DNA of 41,226 nt from a virus. Taxonomy: Duplodnaviria; Caudoviricetes. Positions within the stretch are counted from its first letter, which is position 1; each line of letters starts with the position of its first letter. Below are positions 19,662 through 28,605 of the stretch, one piece after another. The position numbers and the translations under genes are program-made. Where the stretch lies: positions 1 to 41,226 of the IMG/VR virus record IMGVR_UViG_3300030397_000377; one strand, 5' to 3'. The notes below the pieces were generated by a model. That model saw only the letters and a program-made list of their open reading frames with translations. It was not told the origin of the DNA and did no database searches.

Positions 19662-20891
19662 ATGCTCATTCGTGTTGCCATCTTTTCTTGCCTTGCGTTT
19701 GTGCTGGTAAGCTGTCTCGCACCGTCGGCGCTCACGCTTCCGATTTTTGCTGACGGGCAATCCAATGCCTGTGGGCGGGGTGACGGCGGGCCGTCGTTTG
19801 CGTTCGTGTCTTCGAATGTCACCGTCTGGAACAATGAAAACGAGTTGGGGTCCAACGGTGCGGCTTTTGTCACACCTGAGAGGGGTGAGCCCCCGTTCGA
19901 CGCGGGCAACGGAAACAACGCGCTTCTATGGGCCGCGCATCGTTTGGCTAAAGATACACAGACGCAAATGGTTCTGGTGTGTCGCGGCGGAACACCTATT
20001 CAGGACTGGATTGATGAGCAGGGTAATCCGGGACCGATGCTATTGGAGGCAAAGGCCGTCTATGACGCATCGGGGCTCCCACCGGCTCAGGTGCATTTCC
20101 GGCATCAGGGAGAATCCAACAAGTTCGACGACCCGCAACTGTTTGATGACCTGACCATAGCATCCATTCAATGGCTGAAGGATAACGGGGTGCTGGCACA
20201 GGATGCGCCGACGTTTCTCGGAGGCCTGTATCATGCCAAGGCAGGTGCGATTAACGACCGCATGAAGCTCATGGCTGAACGGGAGCCGCTTGTTTACTAC
20301 GTCCCGCATGACGGCCTCCCGGAAAACGGAGACGCGGTGCACTTCTCAGGGGAGGGACTGGCGCGGTTCGGATACCGATACTATGCGGCGTATCTTGAGC
20401 ACTTCGCCCCCGTCTCCCTGAACATTGACACGACATTGGTTGAGGAAAGAAAGCCACCGAACACGGCGGGCGGTGATTTCTTCACCGGGGCACTAAGGAC
20501 CAGAGAACTCAACACACCGGTTGCCGTAGCGAATTGGGCCGCGTTCGATGGCGTGAACCACAGCGTGACGATTACACAGCCTGGGATTTATGAATTTCGT
20601 GCCGAGGCCATAGCCTACAGAACCGACCGGCATCAGATTTTCCTCTATGACGTGGACGAAAGTGAAGTCGTTGCAGAGGGAACGCCATCTTTTGCCAAAA
20701 GTGACAACAATCTTCAGGGGCAAACCCATAGCACCCTGTCCTGGATTGTGGAGATAACGGAACCCACCACCTTTCAACTGAAGCATTGGGCAGACACTTC
20801 CAGACCAAACACCGGCTTGGGGGTCTCCAGCCCATCAGCACCGGGGCGTGATGGTGTCATGTCTCGCCTGACAATTCGGAAGATTGATTAA
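19662..20891 (+). CDS. SGNH/SASA (sialate O-acetylesterase-like) protein with putative lipoprotein signal and fibre-type C-terminal domain
   Basis: GQSNA, HQGESN and DAVHF catalytic blocks; N-terminal hydrophobic stretch ending LVS-C. Confidence 0.8.
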   Translation: MLIRVAIFSCLAFVLVSCLAPSALTLPIFADGQSNACGRGDGGPSFAFVSSNVTVWNNENELGSNGAAFVTPERGEPPFDAGNGNNALLWAAHRLAKDTQTQMVLVCRGGTPIQDWIDEQGNPGPMLLEAKAVYDASGLPPAQVHFRHQGESNKFDDPQLFDDLTIASIQWLKDNGVLAQDAPTFLGGLYHAKAGAINDRMKLMAEREPLVYYVPHDGLPENGDAVHFSGEGLARFGYRYYAAYLEHFAPVSLNIDTTLVEERKPPNTAGGDFFTGALRTRELNTPVAVANWAAFDGVNHSVTITQPGIYEFRAEAIAYRTDRHQIFLYDVDESEVVAEGTPSFAKSDNNLQGQTHSTLSWIVEITEPTTFQLKHWADTSRPNTGLGVSSPSAPGRDGVMSRLTIRKID

Positions 20892-20893
20892 GA

Positions 20894-21298
20894 ATGAACC
20901 AGACACTCAGCAATGCAATGTCGAATGGCGGGGGGCTTCGCTGGATTTCAACCCTCATAACAATCGTTGCAACATTTGTCGGCGTCGGGATTTGGGTGAA
21001 CAGCAATATCAATTCTCTTGGGAATCAAATCACAATCAACAAGGTCATTACAGACCACGATATTGACAAATTGAGGGATGCACTGGAGGACGAGGAAAGG
21101 CGCATTGACAAATTGTCGGTGGACCTCTCTTCCAAAATTGTAGGCCGGACTCCTGAGGGGTTTCACCGACAGGATGCCAAGGAATTGTCGGACGCCATTT
21201 GCGAGGAAATCCGCGAGAAAAGGTCGGATGCCGACTGCATAGACCCGTACGAACTCCCTCGGTACAAGCGGGCTATTGAACAGCTTCGCAGACGGTAG
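20894..21298 (+). CDS. Single-TM coiled-coil protein (lysis region)
   Basis: TM segment WISTLITIVATFVGVGIWV followed by a coiled coil. Confidence 0.65.
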   Translation: MNQTLSNAMSNGGGLRWISTLITIVATFVGVGIWVNSNINSLGNQITINKVITDHDIDKLRDALEDEERRIDKLSVDLSSKIVGRTPEGFHRQDAKELSDAICEEIREKRSDADCIDPYELPRYKRAIEQLRRR

Positions 21299-21457
21299 AT
21301 GGGCCCTGAAATATCCCGCTTCTGCTACCGCCTGATAGGGGGTAGGAGAGGCAAAACCCTGTCCTGGGGCATCGCTTACCACAAAGAAAGAAACGCCTGC
21401 ACACGGGCCTTGTACGGGCTCGCACCACGGCATTTCGACGCAAGTCTAGAGGTTAAT

Positions 21458-21772
21458 ATGAGCACTTACGAACCGGGGCCGATCCGTGAAAGCGATGGCG
21501 TGCCCGAGTTTCAGGAGAGATACGAACTCCAAGTTGACGGCAATGTCGGCCATCAGACGTGGAACACCCTTTACGACTTCTGGCAAGCCTGTCTGCGGCA
21601 GATGAAACACCTTGAAGCCAAGGTGATGGAACTGGAGGCAGAACTTAAAACGTGCTGCCCTCCTGACAGCCCCGGCCCCGTCCATCCCACCCCTGATTCG
21701 GGAGACAAATGGTTTCTGATTCTTATAGGTGCTGTTGTCGGGTTTGCCGTCGCAGCCGTGATATTTTCGTAG
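21458..21772 (+). CDS. Membrane-anchored protein with partial peptidoglycan-binding motif
   Basis: GAGG RBS before ATG 21458; VPEFQERYELQVDGNVGHQTWNTL; C-terminal TM helix. Confidence 0.6.
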   Translation: MSTYEPGPIRESDGVPEFQERYELQVDGNVGHQTWNTLYDFWQACLRQMKHLEAKVMELEAELKTCCPPDSPGPVHPTPDSGDKWFLILIGAVVGFAVAAVIFS

Positions 21773-21779
21773 GTTCCTA

Positions 21780-22508
21780 ATGCCAAGTTTTGAGAGTATG
21801 CAGGCAGGTTATCGCAACCTGTGGTCCAAAGCCGAAATCACACCGAGCCAGCGTGACGAACTGGAGCGCGCCGTTGGTCGAATTATTGACGGCAAGCAGC
21901 GCTATCAATGGGTGGAGGAAAAGACCAAAGTCCCTTGGCATTGGGTTGGTTGTACGCATTATCGTGAGTCTGCGAGTTCGTTTGACGGCGTTTTGCACAA
22001 TGGCCAAGACATCATTGGAAAAGGAACCAAGACGACCTGGGTTCCTAAGGGTCGCGGGCCGTTCGATACTTGGGAAGAATCCGCAATTGATGCGGTAAAC
22101 CTAAAGGAACTGCACAAGGTTCCTGAATGGTCAGTTGAGCGCGCTCTGTACGAATTCGAAAGATACAATGGTTGGGGCTACAACGGGCGCATCAACTCCC
22201 CCTACGTGTGGGCGAAGACGAACCTTCAGCAGCGCGGCAAGTACATCGCAGATGGTGAGTACAGTGCATCGACATGGGACGCACAGCCGGGCACAGCAGC
22301 GCTTCTGAAAGTCCTCGCAGAAAAGGACGAGAGCGTTGCGGGATGGATTGCAGGCGAATCCATGCCGCCTGAAGACTCAAGCGTTGTCGTTCCGCCTCCA
22401 TCTGTTGAGGCGCTGGGGCAATACACAACGGACGCCCTGATAGCCGAGCTACTGGAGCGCCCGAACGTCGCTGACGTGCAAATTATCTACAACAGAGCAA
22501 ACAAGTAA
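21780..22508 (+). CDS. Endolysin (lysozyme-family, COG5526-like)
   Basis: VPWHWVGCTHYRES, LHNG, VPKGRGPF, ERYNGWGY and SPYVWA motifs. Confidence 0.88.
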   Translation: MPSFESMQAGYRNLWSKAEITPSQRDELERAVGRIIDGKQRYQWVEEKTKVPWHWVGCTHYRESASSFDGVLHNGQDIIGKGTKTTWVPKGRGPFDTWEESAIDAVNLKELHKVPEWSVERALYEFERYNGWGYNGRINSPYVWAKTNLQQRGKYIADGEYSASTWDAQPGTAALLKVLAEKDESVAGWIAGESMPPEDSSVVVPPPSVEALGQYTTDALIAELLERPNVADVQIIYNRANK

Positions 22509-22521
22509 ATGGAGATGTGAA

Positions 22522-22770
22522 ATGAACTTCCTTCTTGAAGTGGTTGCCAAGTACCTCCTGAAAGGCATGGGCCCTATCAACGGTTATAAAACTGTTGTCG
22601 GATTGGGAATTGCTGTGCTATCGTATATCGCAAAAGCGTTCTTTGATGTTGAAGTCCCTGTTCTTGGGTCAGAAATGACGGAGTTCATTGGAATGATCGT
22701 CGCCGCGTTTGGCTTGGGCGATAAGGGCAGGAAAGTGATTGACGGGCAAACGTCGGGAAAGGCAATCTAG
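22522..22770 (+). CDS. Putative holin
   Basis: 82 aa, two TM helices, charged C-terminus, follows the endolysin. Confidence 0.65.
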   Translation: MNFLLEVVAKYLLKGMGPINGYKTVVGLGIAVLSYIAKAFFDVEVPVLGSEMTEFIGMIVAAFGLGDKGRKVIDGQTSGKAI

Positions 22771-23000
22771 GCCCCGGCCAAGGACCCGATGAATACGGAT
22801 ACGACGACAGCATTGGCTGAGCCATGGGATGGCCTCTAGAGAAACGCGCAGCGGGTGACTTCAATGCGTGCAATGCCGCTCATGCCCACCGCTCAGAGTT
22901 AGTCACTCATGGGTCGCAAGAGGTGGGGCGCTGTCGGTGGAGCAGCAGGCAAGGTGTGAGCCACCATCCACCAGACTTCTCAATAGCATAGGATAGCACC

Positions 23001-23522
23001 ATGACCCGAAAGAACACTGAGCCTATCGGAGCCACGCCTTGCCTGTTTGTGTCAGCTGTAACGTTCATTGGGCTTCTGTTTGCCTTTCTTTTCTGGACCC
23101 TGACAGCCACTCACGCTGCGCCAAAGTGGAAACAGGAGGTGGGCATTGCGTCATGGTGTTACAACCTCGATGTGATGAAGGCGCTTATCAAGGCGGAGAT
23201 GGACGGCAACCCGGAAGTGGCCTTCCTGCTGTTCAAGAAGGCCATCAAGAACGGTGATTGTCTCCGCCTTCCGGTCCCCGCCGCCGCGTTCAGACCATCT
23301 GAGGTTGTCGAGGAATTCACCCCGCCGACAGGCGGTGATTTCAGCATCGTGAAGGGCAACGTGATTAAGAAGGACAACTCGATAGGTAAAGAAGCCTATG
23401 TCCTGGTTTTCTCCAAAGACCTGCAAAAGTGGCAGGCTGACGATGCTTCCAAGTTCCCTATGCAAGGCCCTGAGTTTGGCGGCGGCACGATGAAAGCCCC
23501 GCACGGTTGGCAGAACATCTAA
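23001..23522 (+). CDS. Secreted/periplasmic hypothetical protein
   Basis: Hydrophobic N-terminal segment with a signal-peptidase-like site (THA|AP). Confidence 0.65.
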   Translation: MTRKNTEPIGATPCLFVSAVTFIGLLFAFLFWTLTATHAAPKWKQEVGIASWCYNLDVMKALIKAEMDGNPEVAFLLFKKAIKNGDCLRLPVPAAAFRPSEVVEEFTPPTGGDFSIVKGNVIKKDNSIGKEAYVLVFSKDLQKWQADDASKFPMQGPEFGGGTMKAPHGWQNI

Positions 23523-23578
23523 AGACGGGCTCCAAAACCAATAAGAACCCGCCGAGCCTGCACACAGGGTGAAAGCAT

Positions 23579-24727
23579 ATCCCAACACCTCCGCTCACGA
23601 ATGAGCAGCTTTGGGAGGCGGTAAAAGCCCGCTCGAAGCACAAGACGGCAACCGAGGCTGGGCTGTCTCTTGACCCGCCCGTCAGTGAGCGTGTCATCCG
23701 CTACAGGCTGCAAGAGGCGGCTAGGCGAGGCATATCATATGATACGCCGCCGCCGCCCCAAGGCTTCAAAACAAAGGGCGTCTCAACGCTCTATGGGCCA
23801 GACGGGGATGTTAAAGCCCAATGGGTCAAGAACGACCTGGACAGGGAAAAGCAACAGGCGTTGATGGAGGAAACTCTATCGGCGTTCATGGAGCCCCTCA
23901 AAGGCCTTGCCAAGCCAACCAAAGCACCCACCAAAACCTCTAACGAACTTCTGACAGAATATGTGCTGGCCGATCTCCACGCCGGAATGTATGCATGGGC
24001 GGCGGAAGCTGGCGACGACTACGACTCCAATATCGCTTCGGAATTGGCTTGTCAGGCGACTGACCGTCTAGTTTCTGCCTCTCCAAACTCAGCCAATGCC
24101 GTCATAAACAATCTTGGTGATTTCTATCATCTGGATTCGTCAAAGAACGAAACGGCAGCAGGCACGCGGGTAGATGTTGATACCCGCTACCGCAAGGTTG
24201 TGAATGCGGGCATTCGGACGCTCCGCCACATTGTGCTTAGCGCGCTCAAGAAACACGAGCACGTACGCATCCGAAACACGCCTGGAAACCACGACACACA
24301 TTCGAGCCTGATTCTCGACGCGGCAATGACCGCCTACTTCGAGAATGAGCCGCGCGTGACCGTTGAGGACGATCCGCGCGCGTTCTGGGCTTATCGGTTC
24401 GGCTCCAACCTTGTTGGCACCAGTCACGGCCATGCACCGAAGCCCAAACTTCTCCCCGGCCTGCTTGCCTGTGACTACCCCAAGTGGTGGGCAGAGTGCG
24501 AATTTAAGTACTGTCGTCATGGCCATCTACACCACTGCACAGCCGACGAAGAAATGGGGGTTATCGTTGAGGGGTTTCGAACTCTAGCCGCTAAGGATGC
24601 ATGGCATGCTGGCATGGGCTATCGCTCGGGGCGCGACATGAAAAGTATTGTCTTGCACGACCAATTTGGCGAGGTGGAAAGACACACCGCAAGCCTTCGT
24701 GCGCTTGAGCAAGCTAACAAAATATAG
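23579..24727 (+). CDS. HTH-containing calcineurin-like metallophosphoesterase (probable ATC start; track start 23861)
   Basis: ADLH, LGDFYH, PGNHD, SHGH and GHLHH motifs. The frame is open upstream to 23573 and includes KGVSTLYGPDG...QWVK. Confidence 0.85.
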   Translation: MPTPPLTNEQLWEAVKARSKHKTATEAGLSLDPPVSERVIRYRLQEAARRGISYDTPPPPQGFKTKGVSTLYGPDGDVKAQWVKNDLDREKQQALMEETLSAFMEPLKGLAKPTKAPTKTSNELLTEYVLADLHAGMYAWAAEAGDDYDSNIASELACQATDRLVSASPNSANAVINNLGDFYHLDSSKNETAAGTRVDVDTRYRKVVNAGIRTLRHIVLSALKKHEHVRIRNTPGNHDTHSSLILDAAMTAYFENEPRVTVEDDPRAFWAYRFGSNLVGTSHGHAPKPKLLPGLLACDYPKWWAECEFKYCRHGHLHHCTADEEMGVIVEGFRTLAAKDAWHAGMGYRSGRDMKSIVLHDQFGEVERHTASLRALEQANKI

Positions 24728-24740
24728 TAGAATACTTATT

Positions 24741-25241
24741 ATGTCAGAATGTTCTGGTTTTTCGATTGACGCTCGCACAAAATATGGTGCGCCAAAAGCT
24801 TGGGTTGACGAGAATAAAAACTACTTGGGCAACGACTGCTTGAAGTGGCCATTCTCGACTCGCAAAGATGGCTATGGCACAATCCGTCACGATGGCGAAA
24901 GCATGCCAGCTCATCGATATATGTGCATTCAGGCATATGGTCCCGCGCCCCAAAACAAGCCATTCGCAACACACGTGTGCGGAAATGGACATCTTGGCTG
25001 TGTCAATCCTAATCATTTGAAATGGGCTAGTGCGCGTGAGAATCAAATTGACCGCGTTAAGCATGGCACAAGCAATCGCGGCGAGCAGTGCGGTTCATCA
25101 AAACTAACCAAGGCCGATGTTTTCAGAATACGCGAACGCATAGCAAGTGGTGAAATACTCAAGAACATCGCTCAAGATTTTAACGTTCACCCAATCACAA
25201 TCACCGACATTAAGCTACGCCGCACATGGGCATGGCTGTAG
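24741..25241 (+). CDS. HNH homing endonuclease with C-terminal HTH
   Basis: CLKWPF, DGYG, AHRY, HVCGNGHLGCVNPNHL, N-x-x-D and SKLT...RRTW; region visibly more AT-rich. Confidence 0.9.
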   Translation: MSECSGFSIDARTKYGAPKAWVDENKNYLGNDCLKWPFSTRKDGYGTIRHDGESMPAHRYMCIQAYGPAPQNKPFATHVCGNGHLGCVNPNHLKWASARENQIDRVKHGTSNRGEQCGSSKLTKADVFRIRERIASGEILKNIAQDFNVHPITITDIKLRRTWAWL

Positions 25242-25250
25242 GCGCGTCAC

Positions 25251-25430
25251 ATGAAAAGCCGTGAAGACGTTTTTGTTGTTGGTAGCGTTCTCAACAAAGA
25301 AGCCCGCCTGAAGATTTACGAGGCAGGCTCCGGCGACAAGCTAATTGATATCGAAATGTCCCCCCATGACATCCTCTGCTTGGTTGAGCAGTGGTGGCCC
25401 GCACTGACAAGGGAAATAAGAAAGAAATGA
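25251..25430 (+). CDS. Hypothetical protein (59 aa, below track cut-off)
   Basis: MKSREDVFVVGS...REIRKK; ATGA overlap with the next gene. Confidence 0.6.
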   Translation: MKSREDVFVVGSVLNKEARLKIYEAGSGDKLIDIEMSPHDILCLVEQWWPALTREIRKK

Positions 25431-25771
25431 AGCTCGTTATTGTCGAAAGCCCCTATGCAGGCGATGTGGAGGGAAACGAGCGCTACGCCCGCGCCTGCTT
25501 GGCCGACAGCCTGAAGCGCGGGGAGGCCCCTTTCGCGTCACACCTCATCTATACTCAGCCCGGCGTTCTGGATGATGAAATACCGGAAGAACGCGAGTGG
25601 GGTATTCAAGCGGGTTTTGCATGGGGGCAGGCTGCGGAGTTGACCGCCGTCTATACAGACAGGGGAATTAGCGGAGGTATGAAATACGGCATTGAGGCCG
25701 CTGAGAAGGCAGGGCGTTCCGTTGAATATAGAACGCTGAACGGCACAGGCGCTGGTGGTTACTCCGAATGA
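25427..25771 (+). CDS. Nucleoside deoxyribosyltransferase-fold (DUF4406-like) protein
   Basis: LVIVESPYAGD, APFASHLIY and GISGGMKYGI motifs. Confidence 0.75.
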   Translation: MKLVIVESPYAGDVEGNERYARACLADSLKRGEAPFASHLIYTQPGVLDDEIPEEREWGIQAGFAWGQAAELTAVYTDRGISGGMKYGIEAAEKAGRSVEYRTLNGTGAGGYSE

Positions 25772-25995
25772 CCACCCGTGAAGACCTGATAGCCGTTAAG
25801 AGAGGCATATCCCTTGTGCGCTCAGGTGCGGATGTCTTCGAGTCTCTGGGAATGAATACGGCCGCCACGGCCCTCAGAAACTACATGTCCAAACACGAAC
25901 CAATCGTTGAGCAGGTGGAAGAAGACACAAAGCCGAATGCAGAGATAATCATTCTACCCATTGCAAGGAAGGAAAGAGACGATGAAACCGATTGA
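25768..25995 (+). CDS. Hypothetical protein
   Basis: ATGA-coupled ORF. Confidence 0.6.
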   Translation: MTTREDLIAVKRGISLVRSGADVFESLGMNTAATALRNYMSKHEPIVEQVEEDTKPNAEIIILPIARKERDDETD

Positions 25996-26058
25996 ATGGG
26001 GCCTCGCCCCGAGTGACAGCGGCCTCGATGGCGTTAGATTCTGGGAGGGCATTCTAAT

Positions 26059-26271
26059 TTGACCCTCGCAGGATTCGCCCTCTGGGCTTACATAACATAC
26101 CCCTCCCCACATTGGGCCTATCAGGAAACGTTTACACTTGACAAGTACGGAACGCACCTAGCGGCTTATCGAGCGTGCTATAAAAAGATGTTGCGCAAGA
26201 TAAGACACATCAAGTTTCAATACGCAGAGAACTGGCATTGTGGGCCGTTGTGGGAGCAGGATTCAAAGTAG
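26059..26271 (+). CDS. Hypothetical protein
   Basis: GGAGG RBS before TTG; last + strand gene before the convergence point. Confidence 0.55.
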   Translation: MTLAGFALWAYITYPSPHWAYQETFTLDKYGTHLAAYRACYKKMLRKIRHIKFQYAENWHCGPLWEQDSK

Positions 26272-26279
26272 CCGCCCCG

Positions 26280-26594
26280 TCACTCTTTATCTCTCTGGCG
26301 AATCTGTCTGGCAATCTTGTTGCACGCCTTGCTCACTGCGCGCGCTTCAGGCGCCGTAAGGTTCGCGTCGTAATTCTCGACAGCGCGCAAGTTGGCCTCC
26401 CGCTCTTGTTCAACGGCTTCTCGGATGGCTTGGTGCATGGCAACGCTTTGCGCTTGGAAAAGCACAAGCCCGACCTGCTTCTCAATGTAGTTTAGATTGG
26501 ATTCGGAAATGTCGGGGCACACGTCTGCGAGCGCCGTTACAAACGTGCCCGCCATGACCTTCGCTCTGTCACGGGCTTTCGCTTCGGGCGTCAT
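26280..26594 (-). CDS. Hypothetical early protein
   Basis: ATGA-coupled to the upstream gene. Confidence 0.65.
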   Translation of the reverse strand: MTPEAKARDRAKVMAGTFVTALADVCPDISESNLNYIEKQVGLVLFQAQSVAMHQAIREAVEQEREANLRAVENYDANLTAPEARAVSKACNKIARQIRQRDKE

Positions 26595-26989
26595 TCCTTC
26601 TCTCCCTGATTGCTGAGGGCTGAGATAAGGGCGGCAAGGATGGCGAGGGGCGCTGTGGGCGCGTGCGCTTCTGTGGCCTCAACCAAATCAATCACCGGGC
26701 CATCGCATATGAATGCCGTGCAAGTGCCTTTCTTGAAGTGATTGAAGAAAGCCCAACTCCACCCCGGCAACTTCCTCTCCACAAGCTCTAGGGCGGCGTC
26801 TACTGATTCCGTGAAAGACGGGGCCATGCCTCCATATGCATCTGCGTAAATGTTGCCGTCGGGGGTGCGGATATAAGTATCCCCAAACCTTTCAACCCGC
26901 GTCCAGCCTGCCAATTCAAAACCAATCGCGAAGTCAAGTTCTCTGTCAAGGCCCGTCGCTTCCTGTAGGCGTGTGGTGAGTGAGGTCAT
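26591..26989 (-). CDS. Phage ABA-sandwich-like domain protein
   Basis: DRELDFAI...PSFTESVDAALELVERKLPGW...TAPLAILAA pattern. Confidence 0.7.
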   Translation of the reverse strand: MTSLTTRLQEATGLDRELDFAIGFELAGWTRVERFGDTYIRTPDGNIYADAYGGMAPSFTESVDAALELVERKLPGWSWAFFNHFKKGTCTAFICDGPVIDLVEATEAHAPTAPLAILAALISALSNQGEKE

Positions 26990-27246
26990 TGGCCTGACGC
27001 CTCCTGAAGGGATTTGCGGGCTTTGAGACACGCATTGCACGTCCAGTTCTTTTTGCTGTCTCTCTTCCAGCCGCGCTCTATTGCTTCTTTTGCAAGCGCT
27101 CTGGCGGCAAAAGGCAGACGGTTTACGAATTTAACCTTCATGCCGGGCGAATTGTTGCTTCCCGTCTCGCAGGCGTTTCTGCCGCACTCGTCTCCCGGAT
27201 GGTCGGCAATTGGTGAGTCACAGTGAAGTTCCACCCAGAAGCTCAT
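26986..27246 (-). CDS. Cys-rich hypothetical protein
   Basis: C-terminal WTCNAC; coupled ORF. Confidence 0.65.
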   Translation of the reverse strand: MSFWVELHCDSPIADHPGDECGRNACETGSNNSPGMKVKFVNRLPFAARALAKEAIERGWKRDSKKNWTCNACLKARKSLQEASGQ

Positions 27247-27563
27247 TCCCCTGACGCCTCCAGTGCTGCTAGCCTTTTTTCAACCTCTGCCAAGCGTTCG
27301 GCCTTCAATGCGACAACCCGGTCTGTAATCTTGAACTTCGAGCAGGCGGGTGAGTTATTGCTTGGCCCCTGGCTGTAACCATTGACGTTCTTTTCACGCG
27401 GGCATTGGCTAGATTTCATCCACCAGAAACAGTTGCCACACCGCAGACTGTCCGTTGCGTCTGCTACTCGCTTGGCTTCAGCCAAATCCGCAAGTTCGCT
27501 GATGCGGGAGAGTGCGTCGATCACATTGTCGGCGGCTTTGCGGGGATCAAGTTCATGTGTCAT
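27243..27563 (-). CDS. Cys-rich hypothetical protein
   Basis: CGNCFWW...C...C motif. Confidence 0.65.
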   Translation of the reverse strand: MTHELDPRKAADNVIDALSRISELADLAEAKRVADATDSLRCGNCFWWMKSSQCPREKNVNGYSQGPSNNSPACSKFKITDRVVALKAERLAEVEKRLAALEASGE

Positions 27564-27804
27564 GGCGGGTGTCCTGTTGTTTGTAGCTTCTGGTCGCGTG
27601 CTCTAAGTCGCCTGTCTCTGGCCAGCGAATCGCGTGGGCCTTGCCCAGAAACACCCACAGACCAGCCATGAGGCGCTGCCAGACATTTGCCGGGTAGGGA
27701 ACTGCAACTGGAGCGACCCAAGCCCCGTTCGCGTCCTGCGTGCGCGCACATTGGGCCGTCATGTCGAATACCGTGTGGATGTAAAACGGTCGGCCACCCA
27801 TCAC
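27553..27804 (-). CDS. Hypothetical protein
   Basis: Coupled ORF (WVAPVAVPYP...KAHAIRW). Confidence 0.6.
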   Translation of the reverse strand: MMGGRPFYIHTVFDMTAQCARTQDANGAWVAPVAVPYPANVWQRLMAGLWVFLGKAHAIRWPETGDLEHATRSYKQQDTRHDT

Positions 27805-28196
27805 GCTTCCTCCTTCTCTGGAGCGGGGGTGCGGGTGAGGAAGGTGCGGGCGCTGTTTACTGCATCAACATGCGACGGGCTGACTGCATCCTCCATTTCC
27901 CGGTCGCTCCATCCTTCCCACTGGTCAACAAATTCCTCCAGCAGTTCCCGTGCCTCAGAGAGTTGGGATTGGATGGCTGCATTCTTCTGCTGGAAGCCGT
28001 CTATCAGCGTTGCGCCAAGCTCTGTTTGCCCGTCTAGAGCTTCTGTCAGTTCCTCCACCTCTCCCTCAAGGCTGCGTATGGCTGTGGCGGCTTGTTCTAG
28101 AGCCTCGTCCACCTCGTTACGGTCTCGATACTGGTGCCGTTCGCTGCGAAGCACTTCCAACCGCTCTAACAGCGTGTCTTCTGTGTGTGTGGTCAT
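27801..28196 (-). CDS. Coiled-coil hypothetical protein
   Basis: GAGG RBS; heptad pattern. Confidence 0.65.
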   Translation of the reverse strand: MTTHTEDTLLERLEVLRSERHQYRDRNEVDEALEQAATAIRSLEGEVEELTEALDGQTELGATLIDGFQQKNAAIQSQLSEARELLEEFVDQWEGWSDREMEDAVSPSHVDAVNSARTFLTRTPAPEKEEA

Positions 28197-28366
28197 GGGG
28201 ATTCCTCGCGGAAATATTCACGGCCCAAGCCGTAGAAAAACAGGCCAAGGAGCGGTACAAAAAACGTCACTGGGTAGTGATAGAAAAGCAGCATCACGGA
28301 CACGAACGGCACGCAGATAGCGCTGAACAAGCCGACGCCTTTCAGAAAGTACCGGACGTGTCTCAT
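28193..28366 (-). CDS. Small two-TM membrane protein (57 aa, below track cut-off)
   Basis: MRHVRYFLKGVGLFSAICVPFVSVMLLFYHYPVTFFVPLLGLFFYGLGREY; ATGA overlap. Confidence 0.6.
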   Translation of the reverse strand: MRHVRYFLKGVGLFSAICVPFVSVMLLFYHYPVTFFVPLLGLFFYGLGREYFREESP

Positions 28367-28368
28367 GC

Positions 28369-28605
28369 CTACTTCTCCCCCTGTGAGAGAGCGGCGCGTT
28401 CTTCGGGGCTATCAATTGTCATGGTATAGCCGCAGCACTTGGGCCAGCCGTGTGCAAGGCAGTCAGCGCCGTCAACGTTGGTGACGCGCCCGCAAACGGT
28501 GCACCAGCACAGTCCGCGTTTAATCTGGGGCACGTCATCCGCGATCCGTGAATGCAAGCTAGATACGCGCTCCACCATTTCTGTCTCTCTGCCCTGCGTG
28601 GTCAT
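28369..28605 (-). CDS. Zn-ribbon-like hypothetical protein
   Basis: WCTVCG...GWPKCCGYTM. Confidence 0.65.
   Translation of the reverse strand: MTTQGRETEMVERVSSLHSRIADDVPQIKRGLCWCTVCGRVTNVDGADCLAHGWPKCCGYTMTIDSPEERAALSQGEK

Noticed and set aside
17858-20891. Diversity-generating retroelement or invertible tail-fibre cassette
   Set aside because: No reverse transcriptase or invertase, and no TR/VR repeat pair noticed.
21350-21363. 14-nt match GGCAAAACCCTGTC shared with ~1084-1097
   Set aside because: A single short match in unrelated contexts; plausible by chance and not att-like.
22771-23000. Structured ncRNA after the holin
   Set aside because: Only short, scattered stems (for example GGTGGA/TCCACC); not convincing by eye.
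27634-28429. Long + strand ORFs within the leftward operon, and similar antisense ORFs elsewhere
   Set aside because: Shadow ORFs of GC-rich, translationally coupled genes on the opposite strand.
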